From NCBI GenBank assembly GCA_963514005.1, contig OY740794.1, forward strand, positions 16,740,001 to 16,804,000: DNA of 64,000 nt, written 5' to 3'. The number at the start of each line of letters is the position of its first letter. Position 1 is the stretch's first letter. The notes below the pieces were generated by a model. It had not been told where the DNA came from and made no database searches. It saw nothing but the letters and a program-made list of their open reading frames with translations. Positions 41,550 to 56,082 of this stretch are shown piece after piece. Position numbers and translations under genes: made by a program. Source of the DNA: Raja brachyura (Eukaryota).

Positions 41550-41742
41550 CAAGGAACTGCAGATGCAGGTTTACAAAAGAGACACAAAATGCTGGAGCAA
41601 CTCAGTGGGCCAGGCAGCATCACCGTAAAACATGGATAAGTGATGTTTGGGGTCTGGACTGAAGGAGTGTCCGTACCCGAAAAGTCACATTTCCATGTTT
41701 TCTACAGATGCTACCTGAACTGCTGAGTTACTCCAGCACTTT
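41550..41742. mobile_element. Palindromic Penelope-derived element, decayed
   Basis: gctggagcaactcag...cagcatc arm inverted against gatgctacc...gagttactccagc. Confidence 0.7.
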
Positions 41743-42337
41743 CTTTTTTGGATTCATGAGGTATCTTGTGGTGTTAGTGTTCTCTGAACTGACTCCTGCA
41801 AAGGCTGTTGTCATTTTAGTCTATGCAGTTTGTAATTTCTATCCAACTTTTCATTTCTCTTGAAATCCATTTCATGCCTAAAATTTTGAACACTTCAATG
41901 CTTTAAATTCCCCCTCGAGTGCAATGGAACACACCTTGATCACTTTCTTGAACTTGTATATTAATTAGGCTGTGATTTTCCTCCATGGTATCTGCCCACT
42001 TATTTGCCTTGAAGTTTAATTGTGCAACACTGCACATGGTGCATATCCTATAGTTTTTGGCATTTGCCTCTGGTCAGGTTGAAGATAATTGAAGATCAAA
42101 ATGTTAGTCTGTTTTTAACAATGAATATTGTATGAGACTTAAGACACCAAATCTTAAAATCTAAGACTTATGTGGAATATTTCATTTTGAGTGAGGAGCT
42201 TGTGTGAAAAGTACTTTGCAACCCGATTTGATGTTGCATAAGAATGACTTCTACATAAAGTTTCTGAAGCAGATTTGCTTTAATTGGTATTTTGTGTACC
42301 ATAGACTCACTGTCATATTTTTCTTTACCCCCCATAG

Positions 42338-42529
42338 ATGGATGGAGGAATTGAGTGCCTTTTAGAAATTCGCTCAATAGTCTCGGAGTCCGATGTGTCG
42401 TCCTTTGAAATTCAGCACAGTGGTTTTGTAAAACAATTGCTGTTGTATTTGACGTCAAAAAGTGATAAAGACCTTGTGAACCGAAATGTCAGATTGAGAA
42501 GGTTTCTCCACGTTTTCTACGGCTGTCCT
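42338..42529 (+). CDS. TRIP12: TRIP12 exon
   Basis: ccatag|ATG..CCT|gtgagt; [64 protein letters not shown]. Confidence 0.96.
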
Positions 42530-42999
42530 GTGAGTAACTTCTGTGTGCCGCTACATTCATAATTTCCCTCCTGATTATGTCTTGCAAATTTAGTAGCTAA
42601 TTGCATCTGGTTTGGTTCAGATTCTTAAACCGATGGTACAATCAAAAACTCTTAAATGGTGCTTTGTGTTATTTATTTTAAGTTTCAGTGGTTATAATTC
42701 TTCGTGGAAACATTTTTTTTGCTCGTGTTAACCAAAAATTGTAGTAGGTGTTTATCAAAAGTTAGGAATGGTTTTGAACTTATAGCGCCAAAATATTTAT
42801 CAGTGAGTGGGAAACTATTGGTCTCATCAAAATTAAGGTAACTGGGCATGGTTGGTTAGTAAATATGGGTGACCTTTATTTGGATTGTCCATGGAATTGA
42901 TGAAGAAATGTGCACACGGGTCTAGTTGAAATATAGTCTGCCTGGTATTTTATCATATGTTAATTATTGGCTCAAAGATACAAATAAATCATTTTTCTT

Positions 43000-43215
43000 T
43001 CACCCAGAAGGGGTCCAATCTGCCTGAGAAGACAGTGGAGTCACCTACTCCTGGGTCATTTCAATATCTAGCAGAGCACTTGAATCACAAAGACATGTGA
43101 GGCTACAGACCAAATGTTGGTAGTATAGCGGGATTAGTGAGATTAGTATAGAAGGCAAGTGGTAGTTGGCATGGACATGGTGGGCCTGTTTCTGTGCTAT
43201 ATGATTCTGTGACTT
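43000..43215 (+). mobile_element. CR1 3' tail fragment
   Basis: ggcatggacatggtgggcctgtttctgtgctatatgattctgtgact. Confidence 0.65.
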
Positions 43216-43256
43216 TGAATGGGTGAGATATGATAATGGTATGAAACTAGCTAAAT

Positions 43257-43561
43257 TTGTTTAAGTTTAGAGAAACAGTATGGAAACAGGCCCTTCAGCC
43301 CGCTGTGTCTGCGCCGACCAGCGATCCCCGCATACTAACGCTATCCTACACCCACTAGCACCAATTTAGAATTATTACAATTAACAAGCCAATTAACCTA
43401 CAAACCTGTACATTTTTGGAGTGTGGAAGGAAACCGGCGATCCTGGAGAAAACCCACGTAGGTCACGGGGAGAACGTACAAACTCCATATAGACAGCACC
43501 TGTAGTCGGGATCAAACCCAGTCTCTGGCGCTGTAAGGCAGCAGCTCCACTGCTGTGCCAC
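43257..43561 (-). mobile_element. V-SINE (HE1-like)
   Basis: Full head, V-domain and tail; paralogous to 39657-39938 including the flanks. Confidence 0.87.
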
Positions 43562-44139
43562 TGCTGCTCTGTGTTAATAGGCACGATGCTTAATTACTTT
43601 TGTTACTGAGACAAATGTTGTTGGACATTCATTGCATGCTAACAGTTGTATGGGAAATTTCAATATTGCCATTTGTATTTTGAACAACCACTTTCAAACT
43701 ACCTCTAAATATATAGATGCAAAGGCATTGTGTTAATAATCATATCGTCAACATGAAATATATCAAACCTGTGAAATTACCAATGCAGAAAATATATCAA
43801 CCCTTGATCATCTTAAAAAGGATTTATCTGGTTGCTAATTATTCCTTCTAGAACAAGTCTATTTATAATGGAACACGTTCAGTCACAGTCTGATTATAAG
43901 GATAACAAATTGTTTACATAATTGAATTGAAAGCGGTGTTCCCAAGAGGCAGCTGTGAAATGGTTCTGCCTCAAGAATTTTGTAAATGTTGACTAGAATG
44001 TTTCATGTTCAATGCTTCATGCCGTGAGACATTTGGTCAATGAAGATGTGTTAAAACATATGTTGGGGGGGAGAGAAATGGCAAATATACAAGCATAGAG
44101 AGCTTTGAGGAATGTAATGCATTTTATCCACCTTTGCAG

Positions 44140-44291
44140 CCTCCAGGAGACGAACCTCTTGGTCGACTTGAACCTCTTGGAAACGGGCCTTTGCTTGCAT
44201 TGGTGCACAAGATGAACAATTGTCTGAGTCAGATGGAACAATTTCCAGTGAAGGTGCATGATTTCCCGAGTGGGAATGGAACAGGAAGCAG
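44140..44291 (+). CDS. TRIP12: TRIP12 exon
   Basis: ttgcag|CCT..GCAG|gtatga; [50 protein letters not shown]. Confidence 0.95.
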
Positions 44292-44524
44292 GTATGAATT
44301 GTGTATTAACATGATTTTGAATGGAAGTATTAAACCTTTAATGGTATGTTATAACTGCAATGATTAGTCCGTTCCATTGCCGTCTACACCAACCGCCAGA
44401 CAGTCCAAAAGAAAGCCAGCCATTGAGAAACATTTACTACCCTTGAGCAAAATACCCACTGATTGAGGTAACTTGATCTAATGATTCAGATATTAGAGAC
44501 TGATCTTTAATTATCCCTTTGGTT

Positions 44525-44826
44525 CAGAGCTAAGGCGTGGAAATAGGCCCTTGGGCCCGCCAATCCCCGTACGTTAGCACTATCCGACACATTATGAACA
44601 ATTTACAATTTTTAACAAGGCCAATTAACCTACAAACCTCTAGGTCTTTGTAATGTGGGAGGAAACCGGTGCACCCAGAGAAAACTCGCGCAGTCACGGG
44701 GAGAACGTACAAACTCTGTATCATGATCATACAGGTGACACCCCGCGACATGTCGCTGCAAAAATTGCGTAAGTGGGACAGGCCCTTTAGGCAGCAACTC
44801 TACCGCTGCGCCACTGTGCTGCCCCC
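44525..44826 (-). mobile_element. V-SINE interrupted by a MITE end
   Basis: The SINE B-box region is replaced by about 70 bp ending aagtgggacaggccctt, the same TIR as 61372-61766. Confidence 0.75.
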
Positions 44827-45565
44827 TTGATTGAACTAAATAATGGAAGTTATATGATTGAACATATGGGTTTTGCTGAGGCACAAGGCAGATCTGGGTC
44901 TTCCGTTGTCATTTACACACTTGAAAATTAATAAAAAATAAACTCCATGCTGCTTGAAAGTACTTGTTGGCCCTGCAAGACTAGCAAGAAAGGCATTACC
45001 TTCTGATGTAAACCCAGGTTAAAATGGCAAGATATCTCTGAATAGGAGAGAGCCATTCCCACATCTGATCTCAGGGCAATAACTAGTACTATTTTCATGT
45101 ACTCCTGCAATATATTCTCTCTCATGGGCCTATCAACACTCTTTGATTTGTTTTGACATTTAAGTAATAATATACAGTATTCAACTAACTACCAGATTTG
45201 TGGAATGGAACCAGAAGAAACATGCTCAATTAGCTATTAATTGTAATCTGTATGTTTGGTTGTCGCACTGCTGCCACTTTAACTACTAGCTGTCTCCCTC
45301 GGTTAAATTAGCCTTTAATTGGAATATCCCAGCATGGCAGGCACAATCAGAATCAGAAAACATTGTTATGGTTTATAAAAAGTTTTTAATTGCCGACTTT
45401 ATTTCCTTGAACTGCTCATGCACAATCTTCCTCGCCCTCACCTTTCGCAGTGTTAGACTTGCATATTGGGGAAACATTTGAATGGGGAAACATTTGTTTT
45501 AATTGACTGTTAGGTAAAAATGTCCCTTTTCCTTGACATTGCTTTTCACTTACTGTTTTTTTTAA

Positions 45566-45787
<222 letters not shown>

Positions 45788-47869
45788 TGATGCAGGGAAA
45801 TGATACTTGTTTTATGGTGGGGTAAAAATCCAATAGTGCAATTTTTCTCAATACCAAATCTATGTCTAATCTACACCTGCCTGGGTCCTCCACTTAACAG
45901 TGGCTATCTGTTAGGAACAAGTTCATTTTATTTAATTGAAACAATTTTAATGTTTTTAATTGTTTTCTAGTCTTCTATTGCCTTTTTTACTTGCTATCTT
46001 TATTGGTATTACGTAATGTTATACAAATATTACTGGTGGAGAAGACTGGGACTAAGCTAAATGGATCTAGTCACAGCTGCAGGTAGCACATGCGAGCTTG
46101 GATCAGAGAGGCTCTGCAATATACTGGGCCTCACTCATAGCTGGGTGTCAACTTCAAGGGAAGTTTGCATCTTGGTACCGATAGCTAAGACCTGTAGCCA
46201 GTGATTGATAATCTTGGGGGTTGCTCCTCAACTCAATATCCCTGTCACTAATTTCGAGGAAGGACAAGATTTTCTTTGCCAAAATTTGTCTTGCCCCAAC
46301 TTCTCCATTTTGTGCATGACTTGCGCTTGCCAAAAAAGTTAACAATTTAAGAGCTCTTGGTATTTATGTGGTGCCCTTTAATTGCAAATAGCAACAACAA
46401 AAAGCAAAACAGGAATTGAGAGTATCTATTCAACTTTCAATAGGGCTGCCCCTCAGATACTGAAGATCATGAATTCACTGTTGAATAGTGCAGTATATTC
46501 TCAGCCTCCCCAGCTGATTCTTGGGTTTGCTAACCATTTGAAGGCCGATGTTAACCGGAAATCTATTGCATATGGAAAGCGAAGGATACCATTCATGTTG
46601 TCTTACTATGCTACGTGGATAGAAAGTGAACTGGATTGAATTTGAAGGAAGGGTGATGCAGTGATTTACTGCAAGGAATGCAATGCCTGTAGCTTGGATA
46701 GTAATTAAAAAAAAATTAAACAGATTGTACACCGGTGCAGTGAGATCAAACAGTGCCATGAAACTTTTATTTTGATTTTGCTCATTACTTAACTATTCAT
46801 TTTGCGAAGAGGGGAATATGAGATGAGTGAATCCTGATCGTTGTAGATAAAATGGATTAAAGTTATGAATATTGGTTTTATTAAAGGAAGGTAAAATACA
46901 AATGCACAGGATTCTTTTTAAAATGCTGCAAAAGAGAGCAAGAGAGAAAATAGCCAGTGCTTTATAATTTTGCAGATGTGTGCTGGAGAGTGACCAAAAC
47001 ATAACCTATTTAAATTGGAGATGAAAGAAATGTGATTTTGGACCTATTGGTTTAATATCTTTCGAGGGACATTTCAGCCTCAAAGGAAGTACATCGTTAA
47101 AAGTAACCAATGTTGATTTCAGAAGGGATAATTTTTTGACAAATCTCAGTTTTTTCCCAGGAGCAATGTCAATAACATTGACGGAACTCAATGTTGTTAA
47201 AAGCAACCTATGGCATTGCCTTTGACTCTAATGGGATATGAAATTGGGGTCAGGACAGCAAACTCTATTGTAAATCATTAGCATGTTCAGTAGAAATGGC
47301 AGATTTTGTGTGGTACTCAAAATTTGAAGTGAGCAAGTACCTCCTAACCTGAAAACTGTTAAGATGCATGTCTTGAAGGTGGTGTTATATGTTATTGTTG
47401 ACATAAAATACAATTAATTCTCCAGAAAGCTGAAGAAATATTGAAACGGTTTGTAGGGAAACTGCAGGGAGGAATTTCCAACATGAAGTTGAAAAGAATA
47501 GTAGTTATTAGCGTTTGCTTCTAAATACAAGGCTCTTGTGATGTTAATAGCAGACAAAGAAAACATAATTTTTATTATATTGCTATTTATAAAACCATGT
47601 TGAATCACAAAAGCTATCCAAAGTCGTAAGACATGCATTACTGGGTTCCACTGTATATGGTCACTATTGAGTAAAATGAGTTTGTTCTGCCTAGTGTTCG
47701 GAAATATAAAGACTTGAATTCTTAGTGATTTACATGGCATTCATTCATTGAGTTATGGATGTTTAATTTTTGAATAAAAATCCCCTTGCTATTTTGAGGT
47801 GGGAGGTTCAGTTGATGGATGCAACCTAGAGGATTGAAGGCATAGGGTCAGTAAATGTTTAGAACAAAA

Positions 47870-48235
47870 GATAGACAAAGTGCTGGAGTAACTCAGTGCA
47901 GGTCAGGCAGCATCTCTGGAGAAAAAAGATGCGTTGGGACTGTAGGCAAAATGTGAGGTGCTGTTCCTCCAATTTGCATGTGGCCTCACTAACCGAGTGG
48001 TCTGAACATTACATTTTCTAATTTTAGTAACTTCATCTTGCATTCCCCTCCCCACTCCCTTTCTCTGCCCTAGTTGTTTTACCAGTTCCACAGTTCTCCA
48101 CATTGTTCTGTTGTTCCTCTCAGTTTCTCCCCCCCCCCCCCCCCCCTCAAGAAGGGTCCGAAACATCACTTTTTCTCCAGAGATGTCGCTGAGTTACTCC
48201 CGCATTTTGCCTCTATCTTTGGTATAAACCAGCAT
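47870..48235. mobile_element. Penelope-derived element with inverted termini
   Basis: gctggagtaactcag..cagcatctctggag arm versus ctccagagatg..gagttactcc arm; C-rich interior. Confidence 0.7.
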
Positions 48236-48400
48236 GTGAAATGCTATATTTCTAAATGTTTCGACACAGTTTGTTTCTGTTGGAGCCGTGTTGCACAACA
48301 TGTAATGATCATGATTTCTATTTGTTGCATTTAGTTATCCACCATTGTTCAGATCCGAAACTCTAGAGCTAATATTGACATGGTATGTTTCTAATTCAAG

Positions 48401-48474
48401 GGTATGGAAGAATACGTGAAGAGGATGAAGATAGTGATGATGATGGCTCAGATGATGAAATTGATGAATCATTG
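48401..48474 (+). CDS. TRIP12: TRIP12 exon (acidic stretch)
   Basis: ttcaag|GG..TTG|gtaaat; [24 protein letters not shown]. Confidence 0.95.
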
Positions 48475-48924
48475 GTAAATGTTCCTGTTAGCTGGGATTT
48501 GCAGAAATGTTTATCATAGTTATCAACATGTTACTAATAAATCTAATAATGTCAGTTAACTCTGAAATTGCATGTCGTCATTTTCTTCCGATGTAAAATG
48601 GGAGAAATAATCGAGTCTAGAGTTGTTTTATTGTCACATGTCCCAGAGCCAGCAATTAAATTCTAACTTGCAGCACAACAGAATATATAAACATAGTACT
48701 CTGTAAGCAACATAATAAACGAGAGAAAAAAAATAAACACACACGCTTTCATCTTCCTCTGTTCAAGGTAAAAACAAACATATTTATTGAGATTGTGGCG
48801 ATACTAAATGCTAAGCATCTATCTGGAATTTATAATGCCCTTGACTAATGAATCCCCGGAAACATATTAGTGAGTCTCCTCTGCACTTACCATATATGTA
48901 TGGCCTAACTAATATTTTATGATA

Positions 48925-49118
48925 GGTAGACGCAAAATGCTGGAGTAACTCAATGGGACAAGCAGCATCTCTGGAGAGAAGGAATGGGTCGAGACCCTTC
49001 TTCAGACTTGAGTCTCGACCCGAAATGTCACCCATTCCTTCTCTGCCTGTCCCGCTGAGTTACTCCAGCATTTTGTGTCTACCTTTGGTTTAAACCAGCA
49101 TCTGCAGTTCTTTCCTAC
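48925..49118. mobile_element. Palindromic Penelope-derived element with target-site duplication
   Basis: Inverted arms; aatattttat on both flanks (48911-48920 and 49120-49129). Confidence 0.8.
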
Positions 49119-49638
49119 AAATATTTTATAATGTTGGACTGTAACTTGCTGTTTCATAATTCCTGTTTGCTACCTCACCAATGAATGCTACCGTATGCAT
49201 TTCTTTTGTTGCCTTCTGGGTTCCCTGGATGTGTGCAACAATCCCCCCCCCCCCCCCCCCCGCCCGTTGAGCCTTGTTGCAATTAAAATCTGGGCTCCAT
49301 TGTCTATCCTAAAAACATGCAGCTCAATATACAGGATTCTTTAATCCAATTGCATGGTCGATTTTCTCGTGGTTACTAGCTGCTGGGATTGGCATCTTGT
49401 GCATAGTAGTTTCTAAACCATTAGAATTTAACATGTACAATATCCTCATCCCAGTTACAACTAATTTCAGCAGTTATCTGAATGATCAATGCTAAACAAA
49501 TTAATTATTCAAAACTTTTATCTAATTACATTTCTAACTCAACCAAATGTTGCGTACAAGGATTTTTATTGTTAAGACCAAATGAAATAGCAACTAATAA
49601 GGAATTATATACTAAAATATTTGCCCCTTTTCTCCTAG

Positions 49639-49923
<285 letters not shown>

Positions 49924-50162
49924 TGACCCACAACATCACCTATCCATGTATTTCAGGAATACTGAGTTACTCCAGCACTCGTGTGCTTTTTTTTTGCGAT
50001 TCTGTTCTGTCTAACTTATGTTGAAAACATAGACAAGTAGGGGGAGGTGGGGAGGACAAAGGAAGTAGGAGGGTGGAGATTAGTAAATCTGGATGATACA
50101 AATATTGCTGATGTCTGAGTGTGGTGAATCCTTGTTTGTCGTAGCTGATTACTGGAGCAACG

Positions 50163-50638
50163 ATAGAAACATAGAAAAGTAGGTGCAGGAGTAGGCCATT
50201 CGGCCCTTCGAGCCTGCACCGCCATTCAGTGTGATCATGGCTGATCATCCAACTCAGTATCCCGTACCTGCCTTCTCTCCATACTCCCGATCCCTTTAGC
50301 CACAAGTGCCACATCTAACACCCTCTTAAATAGAGCCAATGAACTGGCCTCAACTACATTCTGTGGCAGAGAATTCCATAGATTCACCACTCTGTGTAAA
50401 GAATGTTTTCCTCATCTCAGTCCTAAAGGAATTCCCCCTTATCCTTAGACTGTGACCCCTTGTTCTGGACTCCCCCAACATCGGGAACAATCTTCTAGCA
50501 TCTAGCTTGTCCAACCCCTTAAGAATTTTGTAAGTTTCTATAAGATCCCCCCTCAATCTTCTAAATTCCAGCGAGTACAAGCCGAGTATCCAGTCTTTCC
50601 TCATATGAAAGTCCTGACATCCCAGGAATCAGTCTGGT
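50163..50638 (-). mobile_element. CR1 (HER1-like) LINE 3' fragment, young
   Basis: ORF 50350..50604(-) LGLYSLEFRRLRGDLIETYKILKGLD...ESRTRGHSL. Confidence 0.9.
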
Positions 50639-50689
50639 ATTGTTTTTGGATAGTGTATTACATGTTCATCCATATATGAATAGCTTGTA

Positions 50690-50850
50690 GACACAAAACT
50701 GCATATGCTGGTTTGCAAGAAAAGTGCTGGAGTTACTCAGCTGGTCAGGCAACATCTCTGGAGGACATGGATAAATAGAGTCCTGACCTGAAATGTCGCA
50801 TATCCATGTCCTCCATGAGATGCTGCCTGAACTGATTTACTTACAGCACT
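50690..50850. mobile_element. Palindromic Penelope-derived element, decayed
   Basis: catctctggaggacatggata inverted against tatccatgtcctccatgagatg. Confidence 0.7.
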
Positions 50851-51029
50851 TTTTTTTAAATAGCTTGAATTATGTCCAACATTCAGTCAGCAGACGTGCT
50901 CTTAAAATTAAAGTTACCTTAATTAAAAATCTAAATGAGGATTTTGTATGAGATGGTTAAATCTTCCTGGGCAAGCCTCTTTAATGTGTATAGATTAAGG
51001 TTGTCACCGCTGAACAACTAGAGAAATAT

Positions 51030-51118
51030 GAAGGGTCCTGAATCGAAACGTCACCCATCCTTTTTCTCCAGAGATGCTGCCTGACCTGCTGAATTACTCC
51101 AGCACTTTGTCTATCTTC
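51030..51118 (+). mobile_element. Penelope terminal fragment with a 10-bp flanking duplication
   Basis: agagaaatat|gaagggtcctgaatcgaaacgtc...tgtctatcttc|agagaaatat. Confidence 0.78.
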
Positions 51119-51345
51119 AGAGAAATATAACAACCTTATTCATTATAATCTGCTGCTGCTTGTCATCCATACGGAATTTAGTCATCCTATAAACTGAAAT
51201 GAATTATTGAGTCTCAGGCAGGCTCATGTATTCTGTCCAGTGTAGGAGCACTGTTCTCATGACTAACCTGTGCTGCTTTAATTGCCATAAATGGTGGTCC
51301 AAATTCTCAGAAATGGCTGAAAGTATTGTTCAATTTCATAAATAG

Positions 51346-51473
51346 GTACAAACCTGTTAGAGAAGAGGAAGAAGGAAATAAGGATACAGTTGGTGGGAAG
51401 CGAGGAAGAGCTCAGTCTGCACCTACAAAAACCTCACCCAGAAACGCAAGGAAACATGACGAGCTGTGGCATG
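51346..51473 (+). CDS. TRIP12: TRIP12 exon
   Basis: aaatag|G..CATG|gtgagc; [42 protein letters not shown]. Confidence 0.96.
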
Positions 51474-51582
51474 GTGAGCATTTGGGACATGATTTCAAAA
51501 TGGCATGAATCTTGAGCATCTAAGCATTTGATGTACTTCTCAATTAACCTATGCTTTGCTGTGCTGAAGAATTTATTTGGGC

Positions 51583-51724
51583 AATAGACAATAGGTGCAG
51601 GAGTAGGCCATTCGGCCCTTCGAGCCAGCACCGCCATTCAATGTGATCATGACTGATCATCCCCAATCAGTACCCCGTTCCTGCCTTCTCCCCATATCCC
51701 CTGACTCCGCTATCTTTAAGAGCC
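51583..51724 (-). mobile_element. CR1 3' tail
   Basis: caatagacaataggtgcaggagtaggccattcggccc. Confidence 0.85.
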
Positions 51725-52293
51725 TTTTTTTAGGTTCTTCATTGATTTAAATGCACCTTTTGCATTTTGTGTAAATTCAAAAGACAAGGCTCTTTAATTG
51801 ATGAATAAAAATATGGTTCTGCAGAACATGTTGACGTAAGCCCTCGGTTTAAAATTGGACCTTCTGCGATCTATTTTGATGTCTTCCACCAGTTTATGCT
51901 GTGTGGGCAATGTGCCCCATTAACCAAGTTGTGATTTATTTATTTTTCCCTTTAAGAACTAAATATTTTGCTGTAGTTATCCAATATTTTCTTATTTCGT
52001 TCTAGAATAGCACATTTCCTCCCATCAGTTACATCAAAATGAAAATGAAATGTCTCCCTCTTTCAAGGAACACTATAGTAGGATGAAAGTGGCCTTCACT
52101 GTCTTTCTTCAAACTTCAGAAAAAACATTTAGCAAGAAGCCCAAGGATTAATAATTTGAAAATGTTCCTTCTGTTACATAAATAGAAGCATGTTTACAGT
52201 TCTGTAATTGTATGCAGTGAGATATTCAGTGAGAAAAATGTCTTCATTTATGTCCAGGTTTAAGTTAAATGATGTAACTTTTTTTACACCTAG

Positions 52294-52445
52294 ATGGTGT
52301 GTGTCCTGCAGTGGGAAATCCTTTGGAAACCTACCTGATTTCAATTCCTCCAGATGGTATAACATTTGAAGACCCATCACTGGATGTAATTTTGCTTCTG
52401 AGAGTCCTTCACGCTATCAGTAGATACTGGTATTACTTATATAAT
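52294..52445 (+). CDS. TRIP12: TRIP12 exon
   Basis: acctag|AT..AAT|gtgagt; [50 protein letters not shown]. Confidence 0.96.
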
Positions 52446-52889
52446 GTGAGTACCACATAATATCAATCTACATGGATGCCGGGAGTGATTGGAGTAAAAA
52501 TCTACTTACGTTTGCGAGTTTGAATGCTCACTAACTCTGAAATTAGCATTAGTTTTCCTTGTAGTATATTGTACATGAGTTGTCATCAAAAACAGTTACT
52601 GAAAACTCGGCAAGTTGATTCACATCCGTGGAGAGAAACAGAAGTGTTCTAATCATTGCTTCCTCCAGACTCCATAATATTTGACCTTGTGTGGAATGGA
52701 GTTATACTGCTTTTGTTTTAGTTAAATGGTCCTGTCCAGAGCCATAAAATGTCTCGAGCCAAGCAAATAACGGAGCACATCCAGGCTTCTGTGCTGAATC
52801 GTGTGATCATTCACAAAGGCAGTTTCAAGCTTCAGTAGACCGCTCAAAACAATGATTCAACAACGCATGTTATAAATGATGCTCTAAAT

Positions 52890-54720
52890 GCAGGACACTG
52901 TGGGGAAACTAGAGAAAACATTGCAGGAGCCCTGGTTGAGATATATGAATCATCATTAGACAGATGCTGGAAGAATGGAGGGTGGTTCATGTTGTGCTTC
53001 TATTTAAGGAGAAGCCTGGGAACTATAGACCCAGTGAACCTAACATCTATGCGAGGCAACTTAAGCATTTTGAAGGATAGGATGTATATCGATTTAACTA
53101 GGTGGACTGATTAGGGACAGTTGGCATGATTTTGTACATGGGAGATTGTGTCTTATGAATCTGAGTTTTTTGAAGTAACAAATGTTTGAGGGCAAAGCTG
53201 TAGTTGTCGTCTTTATGGCAAGGCATTTGATAAGGTGCCTCTGAGATCAGTACTGGGCCCATTGCTGTTTGTGGTTTATATCAATAATTGGCTGATAATG
53301 TGCAGGGCATGATTAAGTAAGTTTGCAGATGACCCAAAAGGAGGATGGTATCATAGGGGTGAAGATGGTTATCAAATATTACAGTGGGATCTTGACCAGC
53401 TGAGCATGTGGGCTAATGAATGGTTAAGATTTCAATGCTGATTAGTGAGGAGTTGCATTTTGGGGAGTCAAACCAGGGCAGAACCTACTCAGTGAATAGA
53501 AGACCTCTGGAGAATGTTGTGGAGCAGGAGTGCAGGTTCCTTGAAAGTGGTGTCACAAGCAGGTGGGTTGGTCAAGAAGGCCTTCATTAGTCAGAGTATC
53601 GAGTATAGAAGTTGGGATGTAATGTTACAGTTTTACAAGATGTTGGTGAGGCCAGATTTGGAGTATTGTGGTCAGTTTTGGCGACCCCGTTGTAGGAAAG
53701 ATGCTCAACTGGAAAGAGTGCAGAGAAGGGGGGGGTACACAAGGCTGGAGAAACTCAGCGGGTGCAGCAGCATCTAAGGAGCGAAGGAGGTAGGTGACGT
53801 TTCAGGTCGAGTGCAGAGATGATGTGCAACGGTGTTGCCAGGACTTGAGGGCGTGAGCAGCAGGGAGAGTTTGGGCAGGCTAGGACTTTATCCTTTGGCG
53901 TGCAGGACGATGAGGGATTATCTTATAGAGATCATGAGGGCAACAAATAGGTTAGGCACAGTCTTGCCCAGAGTATAGGTATCAAGCACCTGCTCTTCTC
54001 TCCCCCCCCGCCCCCAACGGGAACATGGATAGAGTTCCCTTGTTCCTCACCTTTCACCCCACCAGCCTCCGCATTCAACACACAAACTGGCATTTTCAGA
54101 TGTGAGTTTCCCTCTTGTCGCATCTTCCCATAACCATCCCGTTCCACCTTTTGCAGAGACCACTCTCTCTGCAACTCCTCTGTTGACACATCCCAACAAA
54201 CCATCCCCTCCCCAGGCACCTTCCCCTGCAACCACAGGAGATATACCACCTGTCCCTGTACCTCCTCCATCCAGGGACCGCAGCAGTCCTACCAGATGAG
54301 GGACAGATTCATGTGCACCACCTCTAACCGCACCTACTGCATCTAATGTTCCCGATGTGGCCGTCTTTGTTGAACACGTGATCTTATAGAGGTGTCGAAA
54401 ATCAAGAGAGGAATAGATAGGGTAAAATCATGGTATTTTTCTCCTAGGATATGGGAATTAAGAGCCAGAGGGCATAGCTTTAAGATGAAAAGGGAAAGAT
54501 TTAACAAAAACCTGGGGGGTATATGCAACAGGCTGCCAGAGAAGGTAGTTGAGGCCTGTACTGTAACAGTTAAAAGACATTTGGGCATGTGCATAGATAG
54601 GAAAGGTTTTTAGGTATGGGCAAAACGCAGCCAGGGGGGAACTAGTGTCAATTCGCATCTTGGTCAGCATGGGCAAGTTGGTTCGCAGGGCATATTACCG
54701 TGCTCTAAGATTCTATGAGT
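52890..54720 (+). mobile_element. Degenerate CR1 LINE with nested Penelope fragments (about 53727-53808 and 53985-54365)
   Basis: YKMLVRPDLEYCGQFW and RARGHSFK remnants; gagtgcagaga duplicated around the 53727-53808 insert. Confidence 0.78.
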
Positions 54721-54774
54721 CCAATTGGTAAATCACCTTGCTCCTTTCAGCTCAAACGTAAATTGATAATATAA

Positions 54775-55023
<249 letters not shown>

Positions 55024-55787
55024 TAAGATTAATAATTATATTCATTGTGCAAGGAGTTCTTCTTTTGTAGTTAAAATAATAGTCTATACATATGCCATAT
55101 TTCTGTGTTGAAAAATTTTATAGCATTAAAAATGTTGAATGTGCCAAACAAGATTATTGAGAAAAATATATAAAATAGCATACCCTGGACAGCATTTTTT
55201 GATTAAAAACAAATAGTATCTGCCTGATTATATTACCATGAAGCTCCTTTTTTCATCCCTACCTGATTTAAAATGTCGGTGTTCGGATGTCCTTGTTTAT
55301 CAAACTGGCTAAGGGTGGTTTTCTGCAAAGATAAGGTGAAATTGATGTGTTGGTTTCCTGAAGTTACACATGGGAATTCTGTGCGCTTCATTAATTTTGG
55401 ACTTTCATAATGGCGATTTTCCGGAAAACTCCCTGAAACAGCTTTGCATTTGACTTTGCGGGGGGGGGGGGGGGGGGGGGTGCGGAGAATCACAGATCCC
55501 TTTCATGTCATATATCATGGGTGACTAATGCAGTCCACGGATAATTGCAGGACCTCACGATGTGTGTAGGGCACCAATTTTCATTTGAATACATGGCCAG
55601 ATTGATATATTGGACTGCTAAATCAGTTGTCAACTTGGTGACATTTTTATTTTAAGAAAACAAATAATCTACCAAAATAGTATTTAAATTCAACTGTCCA
55701 AAGGTGTAGTTAATGTCTTAAATATAAGCATCTTGTGGTAATAAAGATGAAGCATGGATTTATTGTAATTATTCTGTAAGTGTCTAA

Positions 55788-56082
<295 letters not shown>

